A stretch of 40,017 bases of DNA from Candidatus Sulfomarinibacteraceae bacterium (GCA_035466655.1 DATIUS010000077.1:1-40017); one strand, 5' to 3'. Positions 16,734-25,352 are shown, counted from the stretch's first letter. The notes: generated by a model not told the origin, from the sequence alone. Program-made: numbers and translations.

Positions 16734-17065
16734 AGGCGCACCTCCCGCAGGAGGTCGGACAGCCCGCCATCGATCTCAACCTTCGGAATGTCGGCGACGC
16801 GCATTGGAGGACGCGTGGGCAGCCGGACCTTGCCCTGCGCCGCCAGCTCGAGCATGTGCCTCGAATACCGCATCGGCACGATCGTCGCAATGACGCGGCC
16901 GTGTTCCGTGACCGTGATCGCGGCGCCGGCCTTCACCTGCTCGAGGTACCGCGACAGGTGATCGCGCAGCTCGCGGATCCCGACGCTGGCGTCCGGCGCG
17001 ATGCCGCTCTCCAGCGCCGCTGTGGCCTCTTTCAACCTCTTTGTGGCGCTTTTCTTCTCGCTCAT
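16730..17065 (-). CDS. Type II antitoxin (Phd/YefM-like) paired with VapC
   Basis: 111 aa. The core IRELRDHLSRYLEQVKAGAAITVTEHGRVIATIVP is the Phd/YefM-type fold signature. TATAAT lies 6 nt upstream of the ATG. Confidence 0.8.
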   Translation of the reverse strand: MSEKKSATKRLKEATAALESGIAPDASVGIRELRDHLSRYLEQVKAGAAITVTEHGRVIATIVPMRYSRHMLELAAQGKVRLPTRPPMRVADIPKVEIDGGLSDLLREVRL

Positions 17066-17071
17066 GTAGCG

Positions 17072-17077
17072 ATTATA
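17072..17077 (-). promoter_or_regulatory. Consensus -10 hexamer TATAAT, 6 nt before ATG 17065 (antitoxin; leaderless-type)
   Basis: Reverse complement of attata at 17072..17077. A perfect consensus in otherwise GC-rich DNA. Confidence 0.55.
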
Positions 17078-17088
17078 CAGAGCGTCGC

Positions 17089-20000
17089 TTACCCGCCGAT
17101 CACCCAGTGCGCCTCGCGCGCGTCCGGTCCCGGTCGGAGAACCAGGCCGCGGTACCCGGCGACGAACCCGGCCCCGAGCAGGGCGACACGGCAGGGCGAC
17201 TCCCCGACCGGCACGCCGTCCACCTTCGTGACCACCAGCTCGCGGTCACGGCCAGCGCCGATCAGGCCGCGGAGCGCCGGGAGCGCCGTGGCGGCCACGG
17301 CCGGGTCGTCGAAGGCCGGCAGGGTCTGGAGCGTCCGGCCGCCACGCTCGACGTAGATCGCGGGCACGCCGTCCACGAGGACCACGGAGGCGCCGGCGGC
17401 GCGGGGGAGTGGGCGCCGGTCGTCGCCGCCGCGACGGGGCCACGGGATCGCGGCGCCGTAGGGGTTCGCCGGGTCAGCCGCCGCCAGGAGGTGGACCATC
17501 GGCCCCTCGCCGTGACGGTTCGCTGCGTCGCGTGCCGCCCGGAGCCGGTCGATGGCCCCGATGAGGGCGAACTGGGCGGCGCCGAGGCCCTCGACGAAGT
17601 ACCCGCGACGGATCCGGCCGGCCTCCTCGAGCGCACGGAGGACCGGGTAGATCCCGGCGAAGCCGCCCTCGAGCCCCTCGGCCATCACGGCCTCGCGGAC
17701 GAGCACGCCGTACCGGTCGAGGAGCGCGAGGGCGGCGGCGTGGAGCCGCTCCGTGGGGCTGCTTCCGGCTTGCGCGGGGTCGACGAGCGACCACCGGCCG
17801 GCGGCCTCGGGCGGCCCGAAGGCCGTCAGCCGGCCGGGTCGCGGCCGGGCGGTCGAGCGCGACGGGCGTCGCCAGCGGAGCGCGCGGAGCGGTGCGAACG
17901 TGTCGTTCGTGACCTCGCCGGCCCAGGCGAGGTCCCAGAGCGCGTCGAGCACCTCGCGGTCCGTGCCGCCCCCTGCGGAGGCGTAGATCTCGCGGTAGAA
18001 CGAAGCGCCGCGACGGGCAAGGTGCGCCCGGATCGCGTCGTGGCGCGGACCCGCCGGCCGGTCCATCCCGTCGGTGGGCATCGCCGGCCGGAGCGCCTCC
18101 CGGCCGGGCCGATGGAGCACGATCCGCCCGTCGTCCCTGCCGAGGCTGCCGCGGCCGACCCAGCCGACCTCGCCAAGCGCCCCGAGCTCGTCGAGCAGGC
18201 GGGGCTGATAGCCGGGGACGCGCGCCGGAAGTACCTCCCGCTCGAGGACGGAGGCCGGGATCGCGAGGCCGGACAGCTGGTCGACGACCTCGGCGAGCCG
18301 CTCCAGCGCGGCGCTGCCGCGCAGCGACGGCGGCGTTTCCCCGACCGCGGCGACGCCGTGCCAGGCCGGCAGGAACCGCCCCATTGCGGCGGGCTCCACC
18401 GGTTCGACCTCCCGGCGGAGCCGTGCCAACGACCGGCGGCGGAGGAGCCGGAGCACCTCCGGATCGCACCATTCGCGCTCGGTGCCGTCCGGGCGGAACT
18501 CGCCACGCACGAGCGATCCACGCTCGCCCAGCCGCTCGAGGGCATCGGCGACGGCCGCGACCGGCAGGCCCCAGCGGCGGGCCGGCTCGGCCGGCAGGAA
18601 CGGCCCATGCGTACGCGCCCAGCGCGCGAGCAGGCTCTCCAGCGCCGCCGAGACCGGGGCGAGGAACGCGTCGGGGACGCCCTGCGGCATCGACGCCCCG
18701 ATGCCATCCCGGTACCGCCCGGCATCTTCGATCGCGATCCAGCGTTCCTCGCCACCGATCCGGGCCGCGGCGGCCCGCCGGCTGGCTCGCAGCTCCGCGA
18801 GCCAGCCGTCGGCGACCTCCAGTCCGCCTTCGATGCGGGCCGCCGCTTCATCCGTCGACAGGTCGCCCAGGCGGCGGAGCAGATCGTGGACCGCGTCGAT
18901 CGACGCTGCCCGTCGGTCGTCAGCGAGTGACTGGAGCGAGAGCTCGAGGTCTGCCAGCGCCGACCCGTCGAGCAGTTCGCGCAGCTCCTCCTGGCCCAAC
19001 AGCTCCCGCAGGAGGTCCCGATCCAGCGCCAGGGCGCCGGCTCGGCGCTCCGCGATCGGGGTGTCACCCTCGTACATGTAGGCGGCGACGTAGTCGAACA
19101 GGAGCGACGCGGCGAACGGTGAGGCCCTCGCCGTCTCGACGGCGTGGACGGCGATCTCCCGCCGCTCGACGGCCCCGAGCACCTCCCGCAGCGCACCGAT
19201 GTCGAAGACGTCGGACAGGCATTCGCGGTAGGTCTCGACGAGGATCGGGAAGCTGCCGTAGCGCGCCGCGACCGCGAGCAGGTCCGCCGAGCGCTGGCGC
19301 TGCTGCCAGAGCGGCGTCCGCGTCCCGGGCCGGCGGCGCGGCAGGAGGAGCGCCCGGCCTGCGTTCTCGCGAAAGCGCGACGCGAAGAGGGCCGAGCCGC
19401 CGACGGTCTCGACCACGAGATCCTCCACTTCGTCCGCCGCCGGGAAGAGGAGCGCCTCGATCTCTGCGAGCCGTCCGGGGGCGCCTTCGCCCTCGCCCTC
19501 GGGGAGCCGGATCGCAAACCCGTCATCGGACCAGATCGTCTGCACCTCGAGGCCAAGGCGATCTCGGAGCCGCTCCTCGACGGCCAGCGTCCAGGGCGCG
19601 TGGATCCGCCCCCCGAACGGCGTCAGGAGGACCAGGCGCCAGTCCCCGAGCTCGTCGCGGAACCGCTCGACCACGATCCGCCGGTCGGTCGGCAGGGAGC
19701 CCGCGACGTCACGCTGCTCCTCGAGGTAGGCGAGGAGGTTTCCGACGGCGAGCTCGTCCAGGTCGTGGTTGGCCCGGAGACGGTCAGCGGCGCGGGCCCG
19801 GCCCTTCGGACCGCCGGCGAGATCGCCCTCGACCTCGCGGACGAACGCGCCGATGGCCCGCCCCAGCTCGATCGGGCGACCGATCGCGTCGCCCTTCCAG
19901 AACGGCAGCTTGCCCGGGACCCCCGGCGCGGGCTCCACGATGACGCGGTCCGGCGTGATGTCGAGGATCCGCCAGGAGCTCGCGCCGAGCACGATCACGT

Positions 20001-21708
20001 CGCCGTGCATCCCGGCCCGGAGCTCGTAGACCATCTCCTCGTCGAGCTCACCGACGCGCCGTCCGGGCGATCCGGCCTCGCCGGCGAGGAAGACCCCGAA
20101 CAGGCCGCGATCCGGGATCGTCCCGCCCGACGTCACGGCGACGACCCGCGCATCCCGCCGCCCCTCGACGACGTCCGTGACCCGATCCCAGACCACGCGG
20201 GCCTTCAGCTCAGCGAACTCATCGGACGGGTACGCGCCGGCGAGCATGCCGATGACGCCCTCGAGGGCCTCGCGCGACAGGGTTTCGTAAGGTGCGGCGC
20301 GGGTAACCGTCGCGAGGAGATCGGCGACCGTCCAGGGGTCCATCACCGTCATCGCCACGATCTGCTGGGCGAGGACGTCGAGCGGATTGCGGGGCATGAC
20401 CGTCGTCTCGATCGCGCCCTCGTGCATCCGGCCGGTGACGACCGCGGCCTCGAGGAGGTCACCGCGGTACTTGGGGAAGACGACGCCCTTCGACGGCTCG
20501 CCCACCCGGTGTCCGGCCCGTCCCACGCGCTGGAGACCCGAGGCCACGCTGGTCGGCGATTCGACGAGGATCACGAGGTCCACGGCGCCCATGTCGATCC
20601 CGAGCTCCAGGCTGCTCGTCGCGACGAGCGCCGGCAGCCGGCCGGCCTTGAGCGCCTCCTCGATCTCCAGGCGCTGCTCGCGGGCGATGCTCCCGTGGTG
20701 GGCGCGGACGAGCTCCTCGCCAGCAAGGTCGTTCAGGCGATGGGCGAGCCGCTCGGCGAGGCGGCGACTGTTGGTGAAGACGATCGTGGACCGGTGGGAC
20801 CGGATGAGGTCCAGGATCCGTGGATGGATCGACGGCCAGATGCTCGTTCGCAGGTCGTCCCGCCAGGCCGGGGCGTCGGTGTCGCCGGGACGATCGGCCG
20901 GGGCGACCTCACCGAGCCGGGCCATGTCCTCGACCGGCACGACGACCTGGAGGTCGAGGGCCTTGCGCGTACCGGCATCGACGACCGAGACCTCCCGGCC
21001 GGGCCCGATGCCGCCGAGGAACCGGGCGATCGTCTCAAGCGGACGCTGCGTCGCCGACAGCCCGATCCGCTGCAGGGCCGGGGCGGACGCCGGGCGAAGG
21101 CGCTCGAGCCGTTCGAGGGAGAGGGCCAGGTGGGCGCCCCGCTTCGTGCCGGCCACCGCGTGGACCTCGTCCACGATCACGGTCTCCACGCCGCGGAGCG
21201 TTTCCCGGGCCCCGGAGGTCAGGACGAGATACAGGCTCTCCGGTGTCGTGACGAGGATGTCCGGGGGCGTCCGTGCCAGCTGCCGGCGCGCCTCCTGGGG
21301 CGTGTCGCCGGTCCGCGCCGCGATCGAGATCCGGGGCGGCTCCTGGCCGAGGCGCCGGGCTGCCAGGGAGATCCCGTGGAGTGGAGCCCGGAGGTTGCGC
21401 TCGACGTCGTAGGTGAGCGCCTTGAGCGGCGAGACGTACAGGACCCGGACGCTCCCGGGGTCGGCGCGCGACGGCGGTGGTGTCGGGTCGCGGGCAAGGC
21501 GGTCCAGGCACCACAGGAAGGCGGCGAGAGTCTTGCCCGAGCCGGTCGGCGCGTGGATCAGCGTGTGGTGCCCGGCCGCGATCGACGCCCAGCCGCCCAC
21601 CTGGGCCGGTGTCGGCGCCTCGAACGTGCTCTCGAACCACGCTCGCACCGGGGCGGAGAAGGGCGCGAACGGGTCGGCTGTCGGCACGGGCTCGGGCGTG
21701 GGCGTCAC
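17089..21708 (-). CDS. lhr: ATP-dependent DNA helicase Lhr (large helicase-related protein)
   Basis: Track ORF 17089..21987. SF2 motifs: HAPTGSGKT (I), VDEVH (II), LSATQ (III), ATSSLELGID (V) and QRVGRAGH (VI). A roughly 1000-aa C-terminal extension follows, as in Lhr. The start is placed at GTG 21708 (about 1540 aa) with TACACT 9 nt upstream; the further-upstream codons look non-coding. Confidence 0.9.
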   Translation of the reverse strand: MTPTPEPVPTADPFAPFSAPVRAWFESTFEAPTPAQVGGWASIAAGHHTLIHAPTGSGKTLAAFLWCLDRLARDPTPPPSRADPGSVRVLYVSPLKALTYDVERNLRAPLHGISLAARRLGQEPPRISIAARTGDTPQEARRQLARTPPDILVTTPESLYLVLTSGARETLRGVETVIVDEVHAVAGTKRGAHLALSLERLERLRPASAPALQRIGLSATQRPLETIARFLGGIGPGREVSVVDAGTRKALDLQVVVPVEDMARLGEVAPADRPGDTDAPAWRDDLRTSIWPSIHPRILDLIRSHRSTIVFTNSRRLAERLAHRLNDLAGEELVRAHHGSIAREQRLEIEEALKAGRLPALVATSSLELGIDMGAVDLVILVESPTSVASGLQRVGRAGHRVGEPSKGVVFPKYRGDLLEAAVVTGRMHEGAIETTVMPRNPLDVLAQQIVAMTVMDPWTVADLLATVTRAAPYETLSREALEGVIGMLAGAYPSDEFAELKARVVWDRVTDVVEGRRDARVVAVTSGGTIPDRGLFGVFLAGEAGSPGRRVGELDEEMVYELRAGMHGDVIVLGASSWRILDITPDRVIVEPAPGVPGKLPFWKGDAIGRPIELGRAIGAFVREVEGDLAGGPKGRARAADRLRANHDLDELAVGNLLAYLEEQRDVAGSLPTDRRIVVERFRDELGDWRLVLLTPFGGRIHAPWTLAVEERLRDRLGLEVQTIWSDDGFAIRLPEGEGEGAPGRLAEIEALLFPAADEVEDLVVETVGGSALFASRFRENAGRALLLPRRRPGTRTPLWQQRQRSADLLAVAARYGSFPILVETYRECLSDVFDIGALREVLGAVERREIAVHAVETARASPFAASLLFDYVAAYMYEGDTPIAERRAGALALDRDLLRELLGQEELRELLDGSALADLELSLQSLADDRRAASIDAVHDLLRRLGDLSTDEAAARIEGGLEVADGWLAELRASRRAAAARIGGEERWIAIEDAGRYRDGIGASMPQGVPDAFLAPVSAALESLLARWARTHGPFLPAEPARRWGLPVAAVADALERLGERGSLVRGEFRPDGTEREWCDPEVLRLLRRRSLARLRREVEPVEPAAMGRFLPAWHGVAAVGETPPSLRGSAALERLAEVVDQLSGLAIPASVLEREVLPARVPGYQPRLLDELGALGEVGWVGRGSLGRDDGRIVLHRPGREALRPAMPTDGMDRPAGPRHDAIRAHLARRGASFYREIYASAGGGTDREVLDALWDLAWAGEVTNDTFAPLRALRWRRPSRSTARPRPGRLTAFGPPEAAGRWSLVDPAQAGSSPTERLHAAALALLDRYGVLVREAVMAEGLEGGFAGIYPVLRALEEAGRIRRGYFVEGLGAAQFALIGAIDRLRAARDAANRHGEGPMVHLLAAADPANPYGAAIPWPRRGGDDRRPLPRAAGASVVLVDGVPAIYVERGGRTLQTLPAFDDPAVAATALPALRGLIGAGRDRELVVTKVDGVPVGESPCRVALLGAGFVAGYRGLVLRPGPDAREAHWVIGG

Positions 21709-21717
21709 GGGCCGCCC

Positions 21718-21723
21718 AGTGTA
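21718..21723 (-). promoter_or_regulatory. Candidate -10 hexamer TACACT, 9 nt before GTG 21708 (lhr)
   Basis: Reverse complement of agtgta at 21718..21723. Confidence 0.4.
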
Positions 21724-21989
21724 GCGCGCTCGCCGAAATTCGACCAGATGTTCTGTTTGAACCCGCGAGGTCGCGCCGCGCCGCGGTGCCGCGATCCGGG
21801 TTGGGCCGACCGGCCCGTCCAGGGCATGCCGTTGGTCCCCCTTCACCCGGCCAGGGTGACCCGGTCTTGGGGCCATCGGGCAGGTCGCCCCGGGTTGACA
21901 GATGCGCCATCTTGACATCGCAACGACCAGCACCACCTCACCCAGATGCCGTCCCAGCTGGTCGGCGGCGCAAGCGAAGGGAAGCACTG

Positions 21990-22757
21990 ATGTCCAGCCT
22001 CAGGAAGTGGGCCACGCCCCTGGCCCTCCTCGCGGCCGCCCTGGTCCTCTGGATGGAGATCCCGATCGAGGAGATCCGCCCCGAGACCCTCGGCGGTGAC
22101 AGCCTCCGGTCGATCGTGACCCTCGTCTTCTGGGCACTCGCGGTCGTCGTCGTCGCGCTCCTGTTCACGGACCGGAACTCCGCCTCGGCGCAGGTGGTCG
22201 AGGTCGAAGGTCCGGCCTTCACCCGATACCTCTTCAGCAATACCCGGGCGGGCCTGTTCTGGCTTCCGATCCGGATCTTCCTGGGGTTCTCCTGGATCGA
22301 GTCGTCGCTCGGCAAGATCTTCAATCCGGACGGCGCCTGGCTCGGCGGCGGCGCGGCCCTGCGCGGCTACTGGGAGCGGGCCGTCGCGATCCCCGAGCAG
22401 GGACGGCCGCCGATCTCGTTCGAGTGGTACCGGGACTTCATCAACGTCCTCCTCAACGGTGGCCACGAGACCTGGTTCGCCTGGCTGATCGCGTTCGGTG
22501 AGCTCGCCGTCGGCGTGGCGCTCATCGCCGGTGCGCTCGTGGGCGTGGCCGCCTTCTTCGGAGCGCTGATGAACATGTCCTTCCTGCTCGCCGGCTCGGC
22601 GTCCACGAACCCGGTCATGTTCACCTTCGCGATCGGGCTCATCCTCGCCTGGCGCGTCGCCGGCTACTACGGCCTGGACCGCTACCTGCTGCCGATGCTC
22701 GGCACGCCGTGGCGCTCCAAGGTGGCCGTGCAGGCCGTCCAGCCGACGACGGCCTGA
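21990..22757 (+). CDS. DoxX/DoxD-like integral membrane protein
   Basis: 3' part of track ORF 21477..22757, from ATG 21990 (GAAGGGAAG upstream). Contains hydrophobic segments WLPIRIFLGFSWIESSLGKI and FGELAVGVALIAGALVG, typical of the DoxX family. Confidence 0.65.
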   Translation: MSSLRKWATPLALLAAALVLWMEIPIEEIRPETLGGDSLRSIVTLVFWALAVVVVALLFTDRNSASAQVVEVEGPAFTRYLFSNTRAGLFWLPIRIFLGFSWIESSLGKIFNPDGAWLGGGAALRGYWERAVAIPEQGRPPISFEWYRDFINVLLNGGHETWFAWLIAFGELAVGVALIAGALVGVAAFFGALMNMSFLLAGSASTNPVMFTFAIGLILAWRVAGYYGLDRYLLPMLGTPWRSKVAVQAVQPTTA

Positions 22758-22817
22758 CCACACACGGCTCGCGGCGGGACCCCCACCCTCCCTCCTGCCG
22801 CGAGTCCTTCGCTCCCC

Positions 22818-22848
22818 CACCGGCCCGGGCCATCGGTCCGGGCCGGTG
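22818..22848. terminator. Strong GC hairpin between convergent genes (candidate bidirectional terminator)
   Basis: CACCGGCCCGG (22818..22828) and CCGGGCCGGTG (22838..22848) form a perfect 11-bp inverted repeat with a 9-nt loop. No U-tract follows. A second 8-bp repeat, CTCGCGGC/GCCGCGAG, lies at 22768..22775 and 22797..22804. Confidence 0.5.
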
Positions 22849-22863
22849 CATGTCCGCGAGGCG

Positions 22864-24693
22864 TCAGACCCGACGAGCCGTGATCGCCGCGGGATCCGCC
22901 GTCCCAACCGGGCCCGTGGCGCGCTCCACGTCGAAGCCGGCGCCCTCGAGCAGGCGACGGGCGATCGCGGCTCGCGTCACTCGCGGGAGCGGGTCGAAGA
23001 CGTCCCGCTCGGCAAGGGTGACCGACGTTTCCCACGAGCCGTCGCCGACGGTCGCCGCGGCGAGGTGCCGGTGGAGGAGGACCGCTCCGAGCCCCCGGCC
23101 CCGGAGCGCCGGGGCGACGCCGAGCGCCAGCAGGCGGCGCTTCAAGCCGCCCGGTCCGCCCAGCGAGACGGCGGCTCCGACGACGAGATCGCCCGATCGG
23201 ACCACCGTCACGCTCGCGGGATGTGAGCCGCGCAGGCCTTCGAGCACGAGGGCATGGGCCGCGCCCGCATCCGCCGGCGCGAGCACCCGACCCGCCAGCC
23301 GCCAGCGAGCCCACGAGGCGGCATCCACGGCGTCCACGATCGACACCTCGCCGGCGGGCACCCCGGCCCCGTCGGCGTTGCCGGCAGTGGGCGCCCCCGG
23401 TTCGAGGCCGGCCGACGCCCCGGCTCCCTCCAGGTCGTCGAGCGCGCTCCACCAGCCGAGGTCCCCGGCCGCGCGGACGAGCGCGGGGACGGTAACCTCC
23501 CGCAGGAGCGCCGCCACCTCGGCGGCGCGGTGGTCCGTCGCGTCGTCAGCCGGGCCGGCGCGGAGGCCCGCGTTCGGCGCGTCGAACAGGCGCTCCGGGA
23601 GCGGCGCCTGACCGTACCGCTCGGCGTCCGCGGCCCAGCGGTCCCGCCAGGCCGCGGGCACGTTCGGGGGCGCCTCGAGGTGCGAGGCCGCGAGCCAGAC
23701 GAGCGACCAGACGCGCGGCACGACCCGGTAGACGTCATACCCGCCGCCGCCGGTCGCGAGCCACCGGCCGCCCGCCCAGCGATGGGCGATCGTGTCGACG
23801 AGGCGGGCGGCCGAGCCCATCGCCGTCGTCGTGACCCGCAGCTGGGCGAGCGGATCCCAGGTATGCGCGTCGGCCCCGTGCTGCGAGACGACGAGGTCTG
23901 GACCGAAGGTCGCCGCAACCTCCGGGAGCACCGCCTGGAGCGCTGCGAGCCAGGCGCGCTCGCCGCTGCCCGGGTCCAGCGGCACGTTCAGCGACGTCCC
24001 CGCGGCCGCCCCCTCGCCCACCTCGGCGATCGAGCCCGTTCCAGGAAAGAGCGTCTGGCCGGACTGGTGGATCGACAGCGTCAGGACGCCCGGGTCGTCG
24101 GCATGGATCGCCTGGACGCCGTCGCCGTGATGGACGTCCAGGTCGACGTACAGGACCCGCAGCCCGTCGTGCCGGGCTCGCGCGATCGCCAGCGCCGGAT
24201 CGTTGTAGACACAGAATCCGGATGCTCGATCCGGCATCGCGTGGTGGAGGCCACCCCCCGGGTGGAACGCGTGGCTCGTCTCACCCCGCAGGATCGCCTC
24301 GGCGGCACCGATGGAACCGCCGGCGACGGCCGCCGCTGCCTCGTGCATCCCGGCGAAAGCCGGCGTGTCGCCCGGCCCGATGCCCGCCGCATGGCAGCCG
24401 GCCGAGACCTCCGAGCACCGCCTGACGGCCTCGAGGTAGGTCGCCGCATGGACCCAGCGGAGCTCCTCGTCCCGCGCTGGCTCCGGCTCGAGCGCCCGAA
24501 TCGGTGCGCCGCCGGCGAGGTCGTTGACGGCGCGCACGAGGTCGATCCCCGGACCGAAGCGCCGTGGCGTCAGGGGATGCCCCGGCCCGAAGTCGTAGCG
24601 GCCCGACCACGGCCCGAAGACGAGGACCGGCCGGCTGTCGGCGCGCGTGCGCCCCCCTGCGGATTGGGCGGGGCGGCCGGTCGAGTCGGTCAC
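22864..24693 (-). CDS. Fusion protein: AcuC/histone-deacetylase-family deacetylase (N) + GNAT acetyltransferase-like domain (C)
   Basis: Track ORF 22864..24744. HDAC motifs: GGGLHHAMPDRASGFCVYND, DLDVHHGDGVQ and GGGGYDV. The C-terminal ~160 aa carry GNAT motif A, RRLLALGVAPALRGRGLGAVLL. GTG 24693 is preferred because TATCGT lies 7 nt upstream; ATG 24744 is the maximal ORF. Confidence 0.85.
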   Translation of the reverse strand: MTDSTGRPAQSAGGRTRADSRPVLVFGPWSGRYDFGPGHPLTPRRFGPGIDLVRAVNDLAGGAPIRALEPEPARDEELRWVHAATYLEAVRRCSEVSAGCHAAGIGPGDTPAFAGMHEAAAAVAGGSIGAAEAILRGETSHAFHPGGGLHHAMPDRASGFCVYNDPALAIARARHDGLRVLYVDLDVHHGDGVQAIHADDPGVLTLSIHQSGQTLFPGTGSIAEVGEGAAAGTSLNVPLDPGSGERAWLAALQAVLPEVAATFGPDLVVSQHGADAHTWDPLAQLRVTTTAMGSAARLVDTIAHRWAGGRWLATGGGGYDVYRVVPRVWSLVWLAASHLEAPPNVPAAWRDRWAADAERYGQAPLPERLFDAPNAGLRAGPADDATDHRAAEVAALLREVTVPALVRAAGDLGWWSALDDLEGAGASAGLEPGAPTAGNADGAGVPAGEVSIVDAVDAASWARWRLAGRVLAPADAGAAHALVLEGLRGSHPASVTVVRSGDLVVGAAVSLGGPGGLKRRLLALGVAPALRGRGLGAVLLHRHLAAATVGDGSWETSVTLAERDVFDPLPRVTRAAIARRLLEGAGFDVERATGPVGTADPAAITARRV

Positions 24694-24700
24694 CTCCGGC

Positions 24701-24706
24701 ACGATA
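24701..24706 (-). promoter_or_regulatory. Candidate -10 hexamer TATCGT, 7 nt before GTG 24693 (HDAC-GNAT gene)
   Basis: Reverse complement of acgata at 24701..24706. Lies inside the maximal ORF, which argues for the shorter start. Confidence 0.4.
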
Positions 24707-24738
24707 CGCCGTTGGCGCGCCGGGCCGCCTCGGTCGAG

Positions 24739-24744
24739 TACCAT
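24739..24744 (+). promoter_or_regulatory. Candidate -10 hexamer TACCAT, 6 nt before GTG 24751 (tatA; leaderless-type)
   Basis: Read directly. Confidence 0.45.
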
Positions 24745-24750
24745 CCGCCC

Positions 24751-24933
24751 GTGGACACGCTGGTCATCCTCCTGATCGTCCTCGTCGTCGTGCTCATCTG
24801 GCGCGGCCCCAAGACGCTTCCCGAGATCGGCAGCATGCTCGGGCGCGGCGTGAAGGCCGCGCGCGACGAGGCGAAGGAGATCCGCGGCGAGGGCGCCGGG
24901 ACGGACGAGCCGGACGAGCCGCCGGCCAGGTGA
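24751..24933 (+). CDS. tatA: Twin-arginine translocase subunit TatA/E
   Basis: Terminal 60 codons of track ORF 23254..24933: VDTLVILLIVLVVVLIWRGPKTLPEIGSMLGRGVKAARDEAKEIRGE. This is a TM helix, a GPK-LPE hinge and an amphipathic helix. GTG 24751 has TACCAT 6 nt upstream. Confidence 0.8.
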   Translation: MDTLVILLIVLVVVLIWRGPKTLPEIGSMLGRGVKAARDEAKEIRGEGAGTDEPDEPPAR

Positions 24934-25340
24934 CCCGGTCGAGCAATCGCCCGACCGCGGCCGGGCCTCCGGCGATCGACGTGACGGCCACGGCCAGGCC
25001 TCCGGCGATCGACGTGGCGGCCGCGATCCTCGTCTTCGGCGGCCTGTTCGGAGCCGGCCAGCTCGTGGTGGGCGATTTCGCGGTCACCGGGAGCCTGCCG
25101 GCCCAGGTCCCGATCATCGGCGTGGCGGTCTTCCTGAACGGCGCGTCGGTCGTCCTCGGCTTCCTGATCCGGAACGGTCGAGGCTGGTTGCCCGCGCTGA
25201 GCCTGGCGGCGCTGTTCGCGGTCCTCTACCTGGCCGCGATGGCCCGGCCGCTCAACCTCGTCCTCGGCGTCGCGCATCTCGGCGCCGCGGCGATCCTCCT
25301 CGCCGACCACCGCTGGTTCGCCGAGCGGGCGCCCCGCTGA
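24930..25340 (+). CDS. Hypothetical membrane protein
   Basis: 3' part of track ORF 24564..25340. GTG 24930 overlaps the tatA stop (GTGA). About 4 hydrophobic segments (AAAILVFGGLFGAGQLVV, IIGVAVFLNGASVVLGFLI, and others). No family recognised. Confidence 0.55.
   Translation: MTRSSNRPTAAGPPAIDVTATARPPAIDVAAAILVFGGLFGAGQLVVGDFAVTGSLPAQVPIIGVAVFLNGASVVLGFLIRNGRGWLPALSLAALFAVLYLAAMARPLNLVLGVAHLGAAAILLADHRWFAERAPR
24964..25016 (+). repeat. 20-nt perfect direct repeat, 33-nt period, inside a coding region
   Basis: GGCCTCCGGCGATCGACGTG occurs at 24964..24983 and again at 24997..25016. It encodes the duplicated peptide PPAIDV near the N-terminus of the hypothetical membrane protein. Confidence 0.9.
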
Positions 25341-25352
25341 GGCGGTCCGGGG

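Noticed and set aside
21709-21760. RecA-independent (PafBC-type) DNA-damage promoter motif upstream of lhr.
   Set aside because: The sequence preceding the TACACT hexamer (TTTCGGCG plus a 7-nt spacer) only loosely resembles the motif as I remember it, and the spacing is off by one. That is not enough to claim it.
21895-21917. Two TTGACA hexamers 17 nt apart (21895..21900 and 21912..21917) upstream of the DoxX-like gene, considered as a -35 promoter element or tandem operator.
   Set aside because: No acceptable -10 hexamer (TAnnnT) is present 16-19 nt downstream of either copy. This may be chance or a binding site for an unknown regulator, and I cannot support a call.
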